A DNA stretch of 64,000 bases from Eledone cirrhosa. Its lineage: Eukaryota. Below the pieces are notes generated by a model. The model worked only from the letters and a program-made list of their open reading frames with translations. It was not told the DNA's origin and made no database searches. The stretch spans positions 280,984,001 through 281,048,000 of the forward strand of contig OZ024740.1 in the NCBI GenBank assembly GCA_964016885.1, read 5' to 3'. The translations under genes were made by a program, and so were the position numbers. Positions 52,273 to 64,000 of this stretch are shown one piece after another (position 1 is the stretch's first letter; each line of letters opens with the position of its first letter).

Positions 52273-55200
52273 ATCAATTGAGAGTTGGCTGTTTGAACGC
52301 GCGTGGCCTGAGCTCAGCTTGGAAGCAAGCAAAGCTTCTAAGTGACCTCAGGTCACAAAGTATAGATGTGATGGTTGTTTGCGAGAGTCGGATCAGCAGC
52401 GTGAGACAGCTGGCGCCCGCCTTCGATGACTTTGAGATGCACGCATCTCTCTGTCAACCCGGAGGCGGGGGGGGAGTTGCCGTACTGCTGGATAAACGTC
52501 TGACTCTCGACGTACAGATTGTTCACTCGGACCCGGGGGGTCGATTACTGGTGCTGGACGTCGGAGGTGGTGAAGGCGGGGCTTTCAGACTGGTCGGTCT
52601 TTATGCTCCCTTCGGGGCGGAGAGAGCCGACTTCTTCCAACGTCTGGAGACTTTTCTAGGAACGTCGCGTTCCCTGCTTTTAGTGGGGGACTGGAATGGA
52701 ATCCTAGATGCGCGTTGGGACTATGCAGGGGCATGTCCCGATAGAGGGGGGTGTAGCAGCCTCAAGGGGTTACTCGATCGATTCGACCTGGTCGATAGAT
52801 TTCGACTAGATTGTCCAACTGCGCCAACCTGGACCTGGGCAAACCGCAGTGGACAATCTAGATCGTACCTAGATAGGTTTTTGGTTAGGAGTAAGGATAG
52901 GGACGTATTTAGTTGTCCAGAACTGATCATGGTTGGCTATTCAGATCACAAATTAGTGACCTGCGTGGTCAACCTTGATAGAACGCATAGACAGGGTCCC
53001 GGTTACTGGAAGATGAACTTGTCCTTACCGACAAAGAAAGATTACAGAAACCGGATTAGTAGCTTAGTTAAGATGCGGTTGACGGGAGCGATCGTCAACA
53101 GTAGGTGGTGGATATCTCTAAAGAGAGAGATTAGAGTAAGTTCGATAGGTTACAGTAAGGAACTAGCGGCGAATAGAAATAGGAGGGAAAGGGAGTTAAC
53201 AGATAAACTAGAAGAGGCGATTAGGAGCGGAGACGTAGCCAGAGTGTTAGCGACGAGAACGGCATTGAGCCAGTTCTTTGACGCGAAGCACGAAGGCTGC
53301 GTTGTCCGAAGTAAAATACGTGCTTTAGGAAACGAGGGGACCAAAGCTGTTAGCTGGGCCCGCGTGACAGAAGCCAAGAGTGGGATTAAATCCACCATTC
53401 GGTCTTTGCGAGACCAGGATGGACGGGTGATCCTTGAACCTGAGCGAATGTGCGAGACCTTTCAAAGGCACTTTGCTCGACTGTTCGGAGGTGGCGGGGG
53501 GCCGGACGGGGATGTGGACTTCGGTCCATACCTCGACGGTCTACCGCGTCTTTCGAGCGGCGAAGCGGAGTGCTGCGAAGGGCCAATCACAGCCACTGAA
53601 ATCGGGGAAGCGCTCAGCCAATGCAGCAGACGCAAATCCCCGGGTCTCGATGGTCTACCATACGAACTTTATTTAGCTATGCCGGTCTTGTTCTCCGAAC
53701 TCCTCGAGGCTGTCTATTGCAACTGGCAACAGAACGGGAGAATTCCCTGTTCTGTGACCAAGGGCGTGGTCACGCTAGTGAGGAAGGACGAGAGCAAGGG
53801 GGACGACTTAAGTAACTTTAGGCCCATAACTCTGCTGAATGCAGAGTTACAGATTTTGGCCAAGGTGTTGGCGAAGAGGTTGGCGCTTGTGGTGGGTGGT
53901 TTGGTGGGAGACGCGCAGACATGCGCTATCCCGTCCAGGTCCATTCACGACAACCTCCACCTCATGCGATACATCATAGAGAGGGTTGGCTACGAACCCG
54001 GCTTTGGTGGGGCCCTGATCAACTTGGATCAATCTAAGGCGTTCGATAGGGTCGACCATGGTTACCTGGATGCGGTGCTAGCGGCGGCGGGCTTCGGACC
54101 CGTTTTCAGGGGCTGGATTTCTGCCATGCACAGTGGCAACATCTACTCTAGGATTAAAGTAAACGGCTACCTCTCGGAGCCGTTTCAAATCACCCGATCC
54201 ATCAGACAGGGGTGCCCCCTCTCCTCCCTTCTGTACGTATTGACTCTCGAGCCACTGCTGCGGAAGTTGGAGTTGCTGCGGGGCATACCCCTGGAACCGG
54301 GATTGCACAAAGCGGTCTCGGCCTATGCCGACGACGTAACAGTAATGGTGGCGGACGCCTCGGAAATCGGGGCGATCGCCACCCTACTGGAGGAATACGA
54401 AAGGCTGACGGGGGCTAAGCTGAACCAGGACAAGTCAGTCGGTTTGCAACTCGGAACGTGGAGGGGCAAACCGATGCCGTTAGACGGTGTCGTCGGGCGG
54501 TGGACGGAGGGCCCGGTGAAGCTGCTCGGGGTCTGGTTCGGACCGGACCTCCAGGTGGAGAAGAATTGGGGCGAGGTGACGAGCAGGGTGTTTGCGCTGA
54601 CCCAGAAGTGGGCCAAGTGCAAACTATCACTGAAAGGTCGGGCGGAGGTGACGAACGCTTACATAGCGTCCGTCATCTACTACCGCCTGACCGTCGTGCC
54701 TTGCCCCAAGGAAAAGCTCACCATCATGGAACGCATGCTCTTCCAGTTCCTCTGGAAGAAGCGGCCTCCCATGGTGAGGAGATCCATCTGCTGCCAGCAC
54801 CCTTCGAAAGGAGGGCTGGGTATGCCGTGGCTGTTGATGCGTAGGCACGCATTGAGGCTACGGCATCTACAGGTATTCCTCAACGGTCAGCCGGTGTGGG
54901 CCCCGTTTGTGAGGCGAGCCTTCCCACAGCTCGTCTCGCTCACCGAACTGCAATCCTGGGTGAAGCAAAGACCGAGAAAACTGGGCAACTGGCACACTGA
55001 GTGTGCCCAGGCGCTCACGGCTATCTGGCAAGCGGACCCGACTGTCAGTGGAGAATCCACCTCGACATTCTATAGAGGGTTGGTGGCTAGCAGGGGCGAC
55101 GACACCCTTGGAGAGTCGCTAGGCATGGAGGAGGACGAACTGGCCAGCCTGTTCGGTAGAACTTTCGGCCCGGGACCCATGGACAACTTCCAGAGGTCCC

Positions 55201-55705
55201 TAGCCTGGCAGTGTTACCGGGGGCTCTGCCCGTTCGAGAAAAGCTCTACAGACACGGGCGCCCAGGCAGGGATCCCGCGAAAAAGATCTGTCCCAGATGC
55301 GTGCGCGACGAGGAAACCGTTGCGCATGCACTGGTACACTGCCCGGGCGTTGCCGATCTGTGGGGCTACGTCGAACGACTGCTGTCGCGTGTGGCGCCGA
55401 TTCGATTAACCGCCGAGTCTGTGGTGAACATCAAGCCGCCTCCTCCCTTCAGAAATGAAGCAGAGGCGGTCTTTCTGTGCGTAATAGCCATGATGAAAGA
55501 GGTTGTGTGGTGGACGCGCCTGAAAGGTCTGAGGTCGGGTGACTTTCTCTCCGGCCATCACCTGGTTTACTTCTTCCGATACCACTTCGGAAGAAGAATC
55601 AGGATGGAGAGAGAAGTGCTTGGTCCCAGACAGTTTTATGAAAGGTGGGTGAAAGAAGCGAGAATGGCCCGTGTAAATGGGCCTTCTCTCTACATTGTTC
55701 TGTAG
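52269..55705 (+). pseudogene. LINE ORF2 (APE-RT) with ATA at the expected start and a 1-bp frameshift near 55222
   Basis: LNARGL, GDWN, SDH, RQGCPLS, YADD, CPRC..ETVAHALVHC; colinear with copy A ORF2. Confidence 0.92.
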
Positions 55706-56386
55706 GTGAAGAAGTGAAGAGGAAAGGGGGAGCGCCTCCTCTCTGGGCTTCCCCCGCGAAAAGAGTTGCACACTTTTCGGGGGTATGTGCAATCCCCAAC
55801 ACGCCCCCTCCCTTTTGAGGACTTTTTATTGTTATATTATTATTGTTATTCCTTTTTTCTTTACTCGATTTATGTAAACTCCCCCACTGTGTAAATGTCC
55901 CCTTCTTTTGTGCCCTCGTGGCAAATAAATAGAAATTTATCTATGGATGTGTGTATGTATGCATATGTGAGTGTGTGTATAGGTACATACTAAATAAATT
56001 GATATGTAACCGTACGGGAACACTCCACATTAACGTACAATTACCAATCACATACATACTATAATTTTAGAATATTCTTCCCTTTAACATTTACAAGCCA
56101 GACTGAATCTATTTAATTGGAATGTCTTCAATGTTAAATATATTACCGAAGCCCATTGTTGTACGAAATATGACTTTTAAGGAATCAAGTTTCATGATCT
56201 AAACTACCTTTCAGATTTTCTATATAACACACACACACACTCACACACATACACACACACACACATACGCACTCGCACACACACATACACAAACAGATAC
56301 GCACCCTCGCGCACACGCACACACACACACACATGCACACACACACACAGATACACACCCGCGCGCACACGCACACACACACATAC

Positions 56387-56416
<30 letters not shown>

Positions 56417-56417
<1 letters not shown>

Positions 56418-56639
56418 AGAAGAAATTAAAAGATGGTTAAAAAAGTTCCATGTATTTTATTATGCGCATTTCAAAAACAAATATCATCCTGGTACGATAT
56501 TTGCGTTCTCATCAGATAAAATAGGGAGACATGATATGATGCTTAAAAAAAACACTTGTGAACAAGGTAGTGTCTAATCAACATAAATGCGCATAATAAA
56601 ATACATGGAACTTTTTTAACCATCTTTTAATTTCTTCTT
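56417..56639 (-). mobile_element. Inverted-repeat cassette (55-bp perfect arms) in (TA)n containing a hammerhead
   Basis: Arms 56417-56471 and 56585-56639. Confidence 0.8.
56454..56522 (-). ncRNA. Minimal type I hammerhead ribozyme with intact core
   Basis: ATTTTAT-CTGATGA-GAACGCAAATATCGT..ATGATATTTGTTTTT-GAAA-TGCGCA-TA-ATAAAAT. Confidence 0.88.
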
Positions 56640-56725
56640 ATATATACTCCAGTCCAATAAACAGTTGAGTGCTACTTATCCGATTTTTGCATTGCTTTAT
56701 TGTTCTACAATAAAACTCAGCTCCT

Positions 56726-56778
<53 letters not shown>

Positions 56779-57630
56779 AATGATAATGATTATGGTAATT
56801 ATGATGATTTCTAACTTAAGATAATGGCCAATAGTTTTGTGTGATATGAATAAATAGGAACCTGTAATCGACTGGTATACCATTTTATCGATTCTCGCAA
56901 GGACGAAAGGGAAAGTTGACTATGGTGGAATTTGAAATTAGAACATAGAGGAATATAATGCATGCATTTCATACGACACTCCAATGATTCTTCTAATCCA
57001 CATGATGGATGCGTCTTTCAATTTAATCTTCGTATGCAAAATAAATCGTTAAATGTTCTTGGATATATCTTATCATCACAATGATAGCAATAAGTCGGTA
57101 ATTTTCATAGGTATCTACAAACCCTGATGAAAATTCTTGTATATTCTACTATCGGTTTATGTACAACAACAGAAAATCCTCATGTTAAAAAGATATATAG
57201 ATATAAGATTATATGTATCACCGACGAATCCAAGGCAACACGATGTACTATTATTACCAGACGCAAAGTTTAAATTTCGAGAGGAAAATATAGAAATGAT
57301 TTCATCAAATATACATCTAAGGTTCGAAGATTGCTAAAATATTCACTTTTACATATTGAAGGCATGAAATAAATGATACTATAAAGAAAGACTTTTAATA
57401 ATCATTTACATTACATTCTATTTTCACATTGAAAGTAGGTTCTTTTGAAATGAAACAATTAAAATTGTACGAATTCTAAATAAAATTAACACATTTCCAT
57501 TAACACAGAAGAAACAAAATGCGTTCTTTCAAACATTAGGAATTCTGTGATAATATTTAAAATGCGTTCGAATATATCACATGGAATTTTTATGAACGAG
57601 AAAGAAAAAAAAAAAAAGAAAAATAAATAA

Positions 57631-57720
<90 letters not shown>

Positions 57721-57885
57721 GGGGTAACAAATTATTGTTATATGTAGTCCACTTAGGTGTAGTCCAGTTATGGTACTCCGCGTAGTGAATGATATCAACG
57801 CTTGGCTAAGTTTGACTCAACAAGGCGTTTCCATAGTGATGCTGCGAGTACGCTGTAATTCCTATGTTGTAAAGACTTGGAGTAA

Positions 57886-58200
57886 TAATAAATCAGGAAA
57901 GAAGAGTGACACGGTTTGCTATACAATAATAATTTATTGCTAGCGTTGTTGATATTGTTGTTATTGTTCTGACTGAATACCATTACTACTACATATAGTA
58001 GCCTGTATATTCTTTTCATGCCTGTATTTCTTTTCATTCTCGCAAGCTCCGATGAACTGACTGGTTATAACTTTGTATTGGCGAGCGAGTGACGAGAAAA
58101 TAAGGATCTCTAGACCAGTTCAGAGAAACAATTGTCAGCAATGAGATTAAAAACCTTTTTTGTATAGCAAACCGTGTCACTCTTCTTTCCTGATTTATTA
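57886..58200 (+). mobile_element. Inverted-repeat cassette (41-bp arms) with a CCGATGA-variant hammerhead at 58046-58139
   Basis: Arms 57886-57926 and 58160-58200; GCT-CCGATGA-ACTGACTGGT..ACCAGTTCAGA-GAAA-CAATTG-TC-AGC. Confidence 0.72.
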
Positions 58201-58276
<76 letters not shown>

Positions 58277-58307
58277 TATATATTTATATATATGTATATA
58301 TATACAG

Positions 58308-58357
<50 letters not shown>

Positions 58358-58391
58358 CCTGTATATATCTATGTATATATGTATACACACA

Positions 58392-58445
<54 letters not shown>

Positions 58446-58563
58446 AATTTGCGAAAGGTCAACAAGAATAAATAATATGGAAGCCAAACAGTATAAAGAT
58501 GTAATACTTTAACGCTTGATATGTACACTTTCATTCACGCACACATGGATCTCTTTCTCTCCC

Positions 58564-58656
<93 letters not shown>

Positions 58657-58789
58657 TATATATATGTGTGTGTGTATGTGTGTGGGAGGGTCATGTGTGT
58701 GTGCGTGTGTGTATCAGTGTTCAACATAACTTATAATAGAGATATATGACACAAATTGTAAATACCGCAAAAGAGAAAACATCTGATAT

Positions 58790-59545
58790 ATGTTTATTGC
58801 TCTGGTCTTTTTTAGCCCATGGAGCGCTTGCTAGCATGACTCGGAATTTGCGTTACGTTTCGCTTTTTATAACCGCCGAAATGCGATTCTCGCTGAATTT
58901 ATATTTGTATTAATCTCCCGAGTCTTACAATTAACCTGTTAATAATTCTAGTGACAGATTAATTGCATAAGTTTATTTTAAAAACTACCCGGCCGAGAGT
59001 TTATTCGATTTGTGCTATTTATAAAATTTTTTGCATGGATTTACACATACTGAATTCATTTACCAAAATCTGGGGTTTTTTCCCTGTGAGTTACGCATGT
59101 GCTTTTACGAAACACTGTGTCATCCACAACACTGGTATAGAACAAAATACCTGTTGATAACGTGATATTCCTCGTTCGATATTTATACCAAAAGCTTATT
59201 GTTTTAAGCAGATAGTATTGATTTAGGTGTCACAGAAACGCTGTACTGGATTTTACCATCAATTCCAAGGGTCCAGGTTTGTTATATAAATATGTATATG
59301 TATTTATATATATATATGTCAATATGTCATTTATTTTGTCTGACCTGTGTAGCTTGACTTGTTTTTTGGCTTAGGTGGTTTATGGCTTCTTGACCGCCTT
59401 CTCAGTTTGTATGGCCTTTATAACCTATGTTTATTGCTCTGGTCTTTTAGCCCATGGAGCGCTTGCCAGCATGACTCGGTATTCGGGTTACGTTTCGCTT
59501 TTTCTACCCGCCGAAAAAAATATTCTCGCTGAATTTATATTTATA
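58790..59545. repeat. ~120-bp imperfect direct repeat (58790-58910 / 59427-59545)
   Basis: ATGTTTATTGCTCTGGTC..GCCCATGGAGCGCTTGC..TTCTCGCTGAATTTATATTT occurs twice. Confidence 0.85.
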
Positions 59546-59590
59546 TATGTATATATATATATATATATACATACACACAGACACACACAG

Positions 59591-59681
<91 letters not shown>

Positions 59682-59832
59682 CATGTATATACATGTATAT
59701 ACATGATGAAATTTGTGGTCTTGTTTTGCTTAACTAATGTATATATATATAGAACACATCTGATATATAAACATTTATTATATATATTATATATTCATAT
59801 AAATATATACATTTATATACATGTATATATAT

Positions 59833-60100
59833 ATTGTTATACTTTGGGAGGGTCATGTTGCCAATAAGAAACACACGCACCCTGTGCTTTCACTTCAATT
59901 TATTATAATAAATTTATAAATTTAGGAATTTATAAATTTCCGGTTGGTTGGTTGGTTCCACAACCAGATGGTTGTTTATATATTGTCAAAGTTCTTTCGT
60001 CACACATTCTGTGACCTCTTCAGTGACTGGGGATTCTTTTCTTTGTTTTTTGTTTTTTGTGCCTCTCCTTTGTTCTGTCCTACGCCATCTTGTTTTTGTG
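59833..60100 (-). mobile_element. Relative of the 5132-6235 cassette with a hammerhead-like motif at 59985-60027
   Basis: Shares the TTGTTATACTT(T)GGGAG.GTCAT end and CTACGCCATCTT; minus strand reads GTCA-CTGAAGA-G-GTCACA..TGTGAC-GAAA-GAAC-TT-TGAC. Confidence 0.65.
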
Positions 60101-60264
60101 TGTGTATACATATATATATATATATACATGTATATATGTATATATGAATATATAATATATATAATAAATGTATGTATATCAGATGTTTTATATATATATA
60201 TATATATATATTCAAGGGCGGTGCCCCAGCATGGCCTCAGCCGGATGGCTGAAACAGGTAAAAG

Positions 60265-60293
<29 letters not shown>

Positions 60294-60295
<2 letters not shown>

Positions 60296-61550
60296 TTAGT
60301 TAAGCAAAAGAAGACCACAAATTTCACCAGGAAGACATCATTTAAAGATTGTCAACATAGTTGTAGTTTAATATAAGGAATGTAAGGAATAATAATAATA
60401 CTAATAATGTCCCTTTACAACTGTTTTGCTACTCCATATAATGTTTCTGGATCAAATGATTATAGATCATTATTGATCTGGTTCAGATGAAGATAATTAA
60501 CTTAGGTAAAAATGGAGCAGTTCAGCGGAACTTCAAATGTGATTATGAAAATATTGATAAGGAATATAAATTAAGGTAAAGAAAGATGGTTACATGAATG
60601 TAATGTTCCATATATTGGTATTTCACTATGGTGTCCTTGGTCTATCTATTGTATGCCATAGGCGAGCAATATTCTTCTGTCGAGGCTGGATTATGCGAGA
60701 TCTGCCTATGGGTAACAAGATAGCCGCCTAAGGACATATTTACCTTACTAATTAGAGGCTGGTTTCAGGGGAAGTAACTCCTCGAGAAATTAGAAATTGT
60801 AGGTGGTTTATAGTTAAGAAGTGTTAATGAGTTTAAGTGAGAGACAATGTAAGGGAGGTAACTTATAATTATCTAAGTTAGGGTTAACTATTTAACATGT
60901 TAGCTATAAGATAAAGTGGGATTAGATGACTATGTTGGGTCAAATATTCTGTTGGCGAAGGAATTCGCCCTTCGATGTTGACAGCTAATAGCTACCTCCG
61001 TTCTATCATTAATCGGTAGAGGTCGTGATAGAGTTATGTAATAGGCTTCGGTAAGACAGAGATCACAAGAGTTTCTTCGTCAATTGAACGGTTGGGTTCT
61101 AGCCAAGATATCCCATGTTAGTGAGCGTTCAATCGTGGTTAATTTAAGGTTTTTAATGAGCCTAGCTAGAGATGTTGAACATCTATTGCTAGGGTCTCGG
61201 AAGGAAAATGAGTGCGCGTTATAGCATACCTCAAAAAGGTTCGAGGTAGGGCCAATATAGGAGCTGGTATGCGATGCTGTTTTAACTGTGCACCTATAAA
61301 CTATATTGAGTGTAAGGCATTGTCCGTTTAGTGGGCATGCATTAGGGTAACGGCAGTTGAAGTTACTGGTGCGGTTAGCTGCGGTAGGGTTGTTTAAACT
61401 ATGCGGTTGGTGCGTGCTAGAAGGATTAGATGTGAGAGTTGTGCTACTAGAGTGTAGTGTAGTGGCGTGGTGTTATTGAGTGGGGTTGTGGTACCGCGGT
61501 GTGGGAGTTGTACTGTTTTAGTTTATGATGGTTACTGAATGCGATGTGGC
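60294..61550 (-). mobile_element. 5'-truncated Penelope-like element (Naiad-like); GIY-YIG endonuclease pseudogene 61361-60930
   Basis: FNCRYPNACPLNGQCLTLNIVYRCTV..SYIGPTS..YNAHSFSFR..STSLARLI..WDIL..*RRNSCDLCLTEAYYI..NDRTEVAISCQHRR; decayed hammerhead at 60432-60492; microsatellites on both sides. Confidence 0.85.
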
Positions 61551-61552
61551 TA

Positions 61553-61655
<103 letters not shown>

Positions 61656-62058
61656 ACATACTAGCATTTCTGTGAGGTTTTTTATACAGAATATGTTATC
61701 GTGACAAAATTAACTTTTCTCTTCCTAAACATCCTCAGATGCCACAACATATTTTGTATTGTTGTTGTTTTTTAATACACCGTAATAAAATGTACTATTA
61801 CTTGAGTATGTTCATTGTTATATTAAATTATATATTTGAAAATATTAAACGGATATCACATGCGTAAACGTGGATACTTCTTGATACATAAAAATCTTCA
61901 TAGATATGTACATTTTTTAATGATGTATAAACGGGAAAAATGTTCTTGCTTATATTTACATATAGTTTATATGTTAAATATGTTGGAATTCGTGGAAAGT
62001 TTGTAGTTTATAGTTCGTCATAAGACGAAGAAAATTAGACCGCAATGTAACACATTGA

Positions 62059-62736
62059 CTAATTTTCCAAAGTCGACATTTCCATTGTGATAGTTGTACA
62101 TACTTTTGTGTTGTGATCTTTCTCAATGGAATTGACAAAATGAGATGCAGTCGAATCTGGATTTGTATAAGCAACTCTTCTCCATTTTGGACAATTTAAT
62201 GTTTTATAATTAATACTAAACGCGAGGAATATATATGGGTTAACTGCTGAATTACCTGGTGCAATACCACCTATAATAGCATATAAAGTGGGTGATATAA
62301 GTTGATGGTTTCCATAAGACATTATCATTTCACCTGTAAAATATGGCAGCCAGCAAATAATATACATCGATACAATAACAACAGTCATTTTCAACGTCTT
62401 GATTTTCGCTTTCGGGAGAGAACTTGATCTAGTACTTTGAAGGTGTACTTTTCCAGGCTTGATATTGCTTTTGGTGTTAGATGATTTATTCTCTGTTGCT
62501 TTTCGAGAAATCTTCAGAAATATTCGTGCGTAGAATATGATTAGTAATATTAAAGGTATAAAGAAGACCACAAATGCTACGTAGGTAAGAAACAGTTGAC
62601 GATGTATTTCAGGTTTGTTTCGGAATGTATTCTCACAGCGATTTTGTCCATTTTTTTCGACGTGTGTAAATACAAATAGCATTGGTAGTGATGTAAGTGC
62701 AGCAACAATCCAGCCCAGCCCTGCAATTTTCCAGAC
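62059..62736 (-). CDS. Last coding exon (TM4-TM7 and C-tail) of a class A neuropeptide GPCR of the vasopressin/GnRH/CCAP-related group
   Basis: WIVAALTSLP (TM4), ECL2 Cys, FFIPL..Y (TM5), KAKIKTLKMT..CWLPYF (TM6), NSAVNPYIF (TM7); acceptor TTCTTTGTATTGTTTTGAAG|GTC in phase 0; upstream exons not seen in the window. Confidence 0.93.
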   Translation of the reverse strand, partial: VWKIAGLGWIVAALTSLPMLFVFTHVEKNGQNRCENTFRNKPEIHRQLFLTYVAFVVFFIPLILLIIFYARIFLKISRKATENKSSNTKSNIKPGKVHLQSTRSSSLPKAKIKTLKMTVVIVSMYIICWLPYFTGEMIMSYGNHQLISPTLYAIIGGIAPGNSAVNPYIFLAFSINYKTLNCPKWRRVAYTNPDSTASHFVNSIEKDHNTKVCTTITMEMSTLEN

Positions 62737-64000
62737 CTTCAAAACAATACAAAGAAAGTTATTGGTATGTAGCAACGTTGTAATATCCGATTAAAAACAA
62801 ACTGCCACACGCATCTTACACTCAACCAATCTAAATTTATTAAATTTTAAATGTATGTATGAACGTGTACGTCCTGATAGTGTGAGTCGTTAGGACGCTA
62901 TTATGAAAATTTAAACCTGGCGGGTTTATCCTTTCTCCAGCACTGACAAAACCATTTCTTTTCCAATGAAGGAGAGAGAAAAAGAGAAATTGAAAAAGGA
63001 GTATACTAGAAGAATCGACCTCAGTACTGGATGGAATTGTTTCATAGACCTCGAAAGGATGAAAGACAAAGTTGATCTCGGCTATATTTGAACTCAATGA
63101 ACGCTGAGATTTAGAAGAAGCACCGCAAATCATTCTATCCGACGTTCTACCGATTCTGCTAATTCATTACTTGTTCAATAACAAATAATCAATTCTTTAA
63201 TATCATAGAGTAAATATGCTGAATTGTTAGAGTATCGTACAAAATACATTGTGACATTTTATGTTGGCGCATTACGCGGTGAGTTTGAATATCGTCGTGG
63301 TCAACGTTGCTTTTTATCTTTCAAGCTTCAATAAAATTAACAGTCAAATAATTGTGTCGATACAATTGGCTCCACTGACAAAAATTGCCTGCCTTGGGCC
63401 TAGAATAGAACCATTATTAATGCATTACAAGAATCACAAAATAGTTCATAGTTACATAATGATTGACTTTCCCCAGAATCGTTAAAATACAAAATTAATA
63501 TTTGGATTTCTCCTTTATATTTGAAGTCAAACTATTATAGTCTACATTTCTTTTTTTACTCCCAGGGATGATAATTTCCTTTTAAGAAATATAGTTTTAC
63601 TAATAATTCAGTCCGCTATATTGCTTCCTATAAAACATTTTTTTAACGAGTCTTCGCAATTGGTCGACGTTTTGCAAATAGCAGCCATATATTCCACAAA
63701 TCACATCCTGACTTCTTAAAAAAAAAAAAATTATACTTTATACTATGTTCTTAGATTACGCTATGCCTAAAAGCAAAATCTGGTTATAAAGTGAATGTCT
63801 TTGGTTATAGCGTTACTGGCCTCGGTTTTAAAGAAATATAAGAGTACTTAACATTTTGTAATGAAATAACATTTTCATTTATATGTGAGTGCTGAAATGA
63901 CAGACATGTTAATCGCAGGAAATGATACACAATTCCAATTATTGTTGTGTGTCTTCTTCAAATGTTTCTGTATATATCAAAATAAAAACTAATAGAATAG

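Larger units (their letters stand above)
50235..55936 (+). mobile_element. Full-length Tx1-clade LINE (copy C) in (ATCT)n, slightly disrupted
   Basis: ORF1 plus ORF2, AATAAA, and TTATCTAT after the 3' end. Confidence 0.93.

Noticed and set aside
57795-57880. Additional hammerhead on the minus strand
   Set aside because: GAAA and plausible stems II/III are present, but the core reads CTTTACAA and stem I is missing.
61080-61082. In-frame TGA in the Naiad-like endonuclease as selenocysteine
   Set aside because: It is not at a conserved Cys position, and the copy is otherwise decayed.

Overview
AT-rich, microsatellite-dense animal genomic DNA. The SINE families and repeat landscape suggest a cephalopod, probably octopus (inference). 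About 30 kb is non-LTR retrotransposon: three Tx1/L1-clade copies on the minus strand in (AAT)n (one with intact ORF1 and ORF2), two R4/Dong-like copies in (AAT)n, and two related Tx1 copies in (ATCT)n. Also present are a decayed mariner, a fold-back Tc1/mariner derivative, two non-autonomous Helitrons, tRNA-derived SINEs, Penelope-like (PLE) GIY-YIG remnants and the last coding exon of a neuropeptide GPCR (62059-62736, minus). Three signals stand out. (1) About ten small cassettes among (TA)n tracts carry minimal type I hammerhead ribozyme motifs, often inside inverted repeats; one folds back exactly at hammerhead stem II and two share a CCGANGA core variant. (2) In both Tx1 families a GTAAGT splice donor lies at the end of ORF1 and an AG|GTG acceptor at or just after the ORF2 stop, so all of ORF2 looks like an intron. 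(3) A 3' stem-loop with a CUNGU loop and compensatory stems is shared by the Tx1 families and an (ATT)n-tailed SINE. Most short ORFs in the supplied track are microsatellite or antisense artefacts. All alignments and folds were done by eye; no searches were run.
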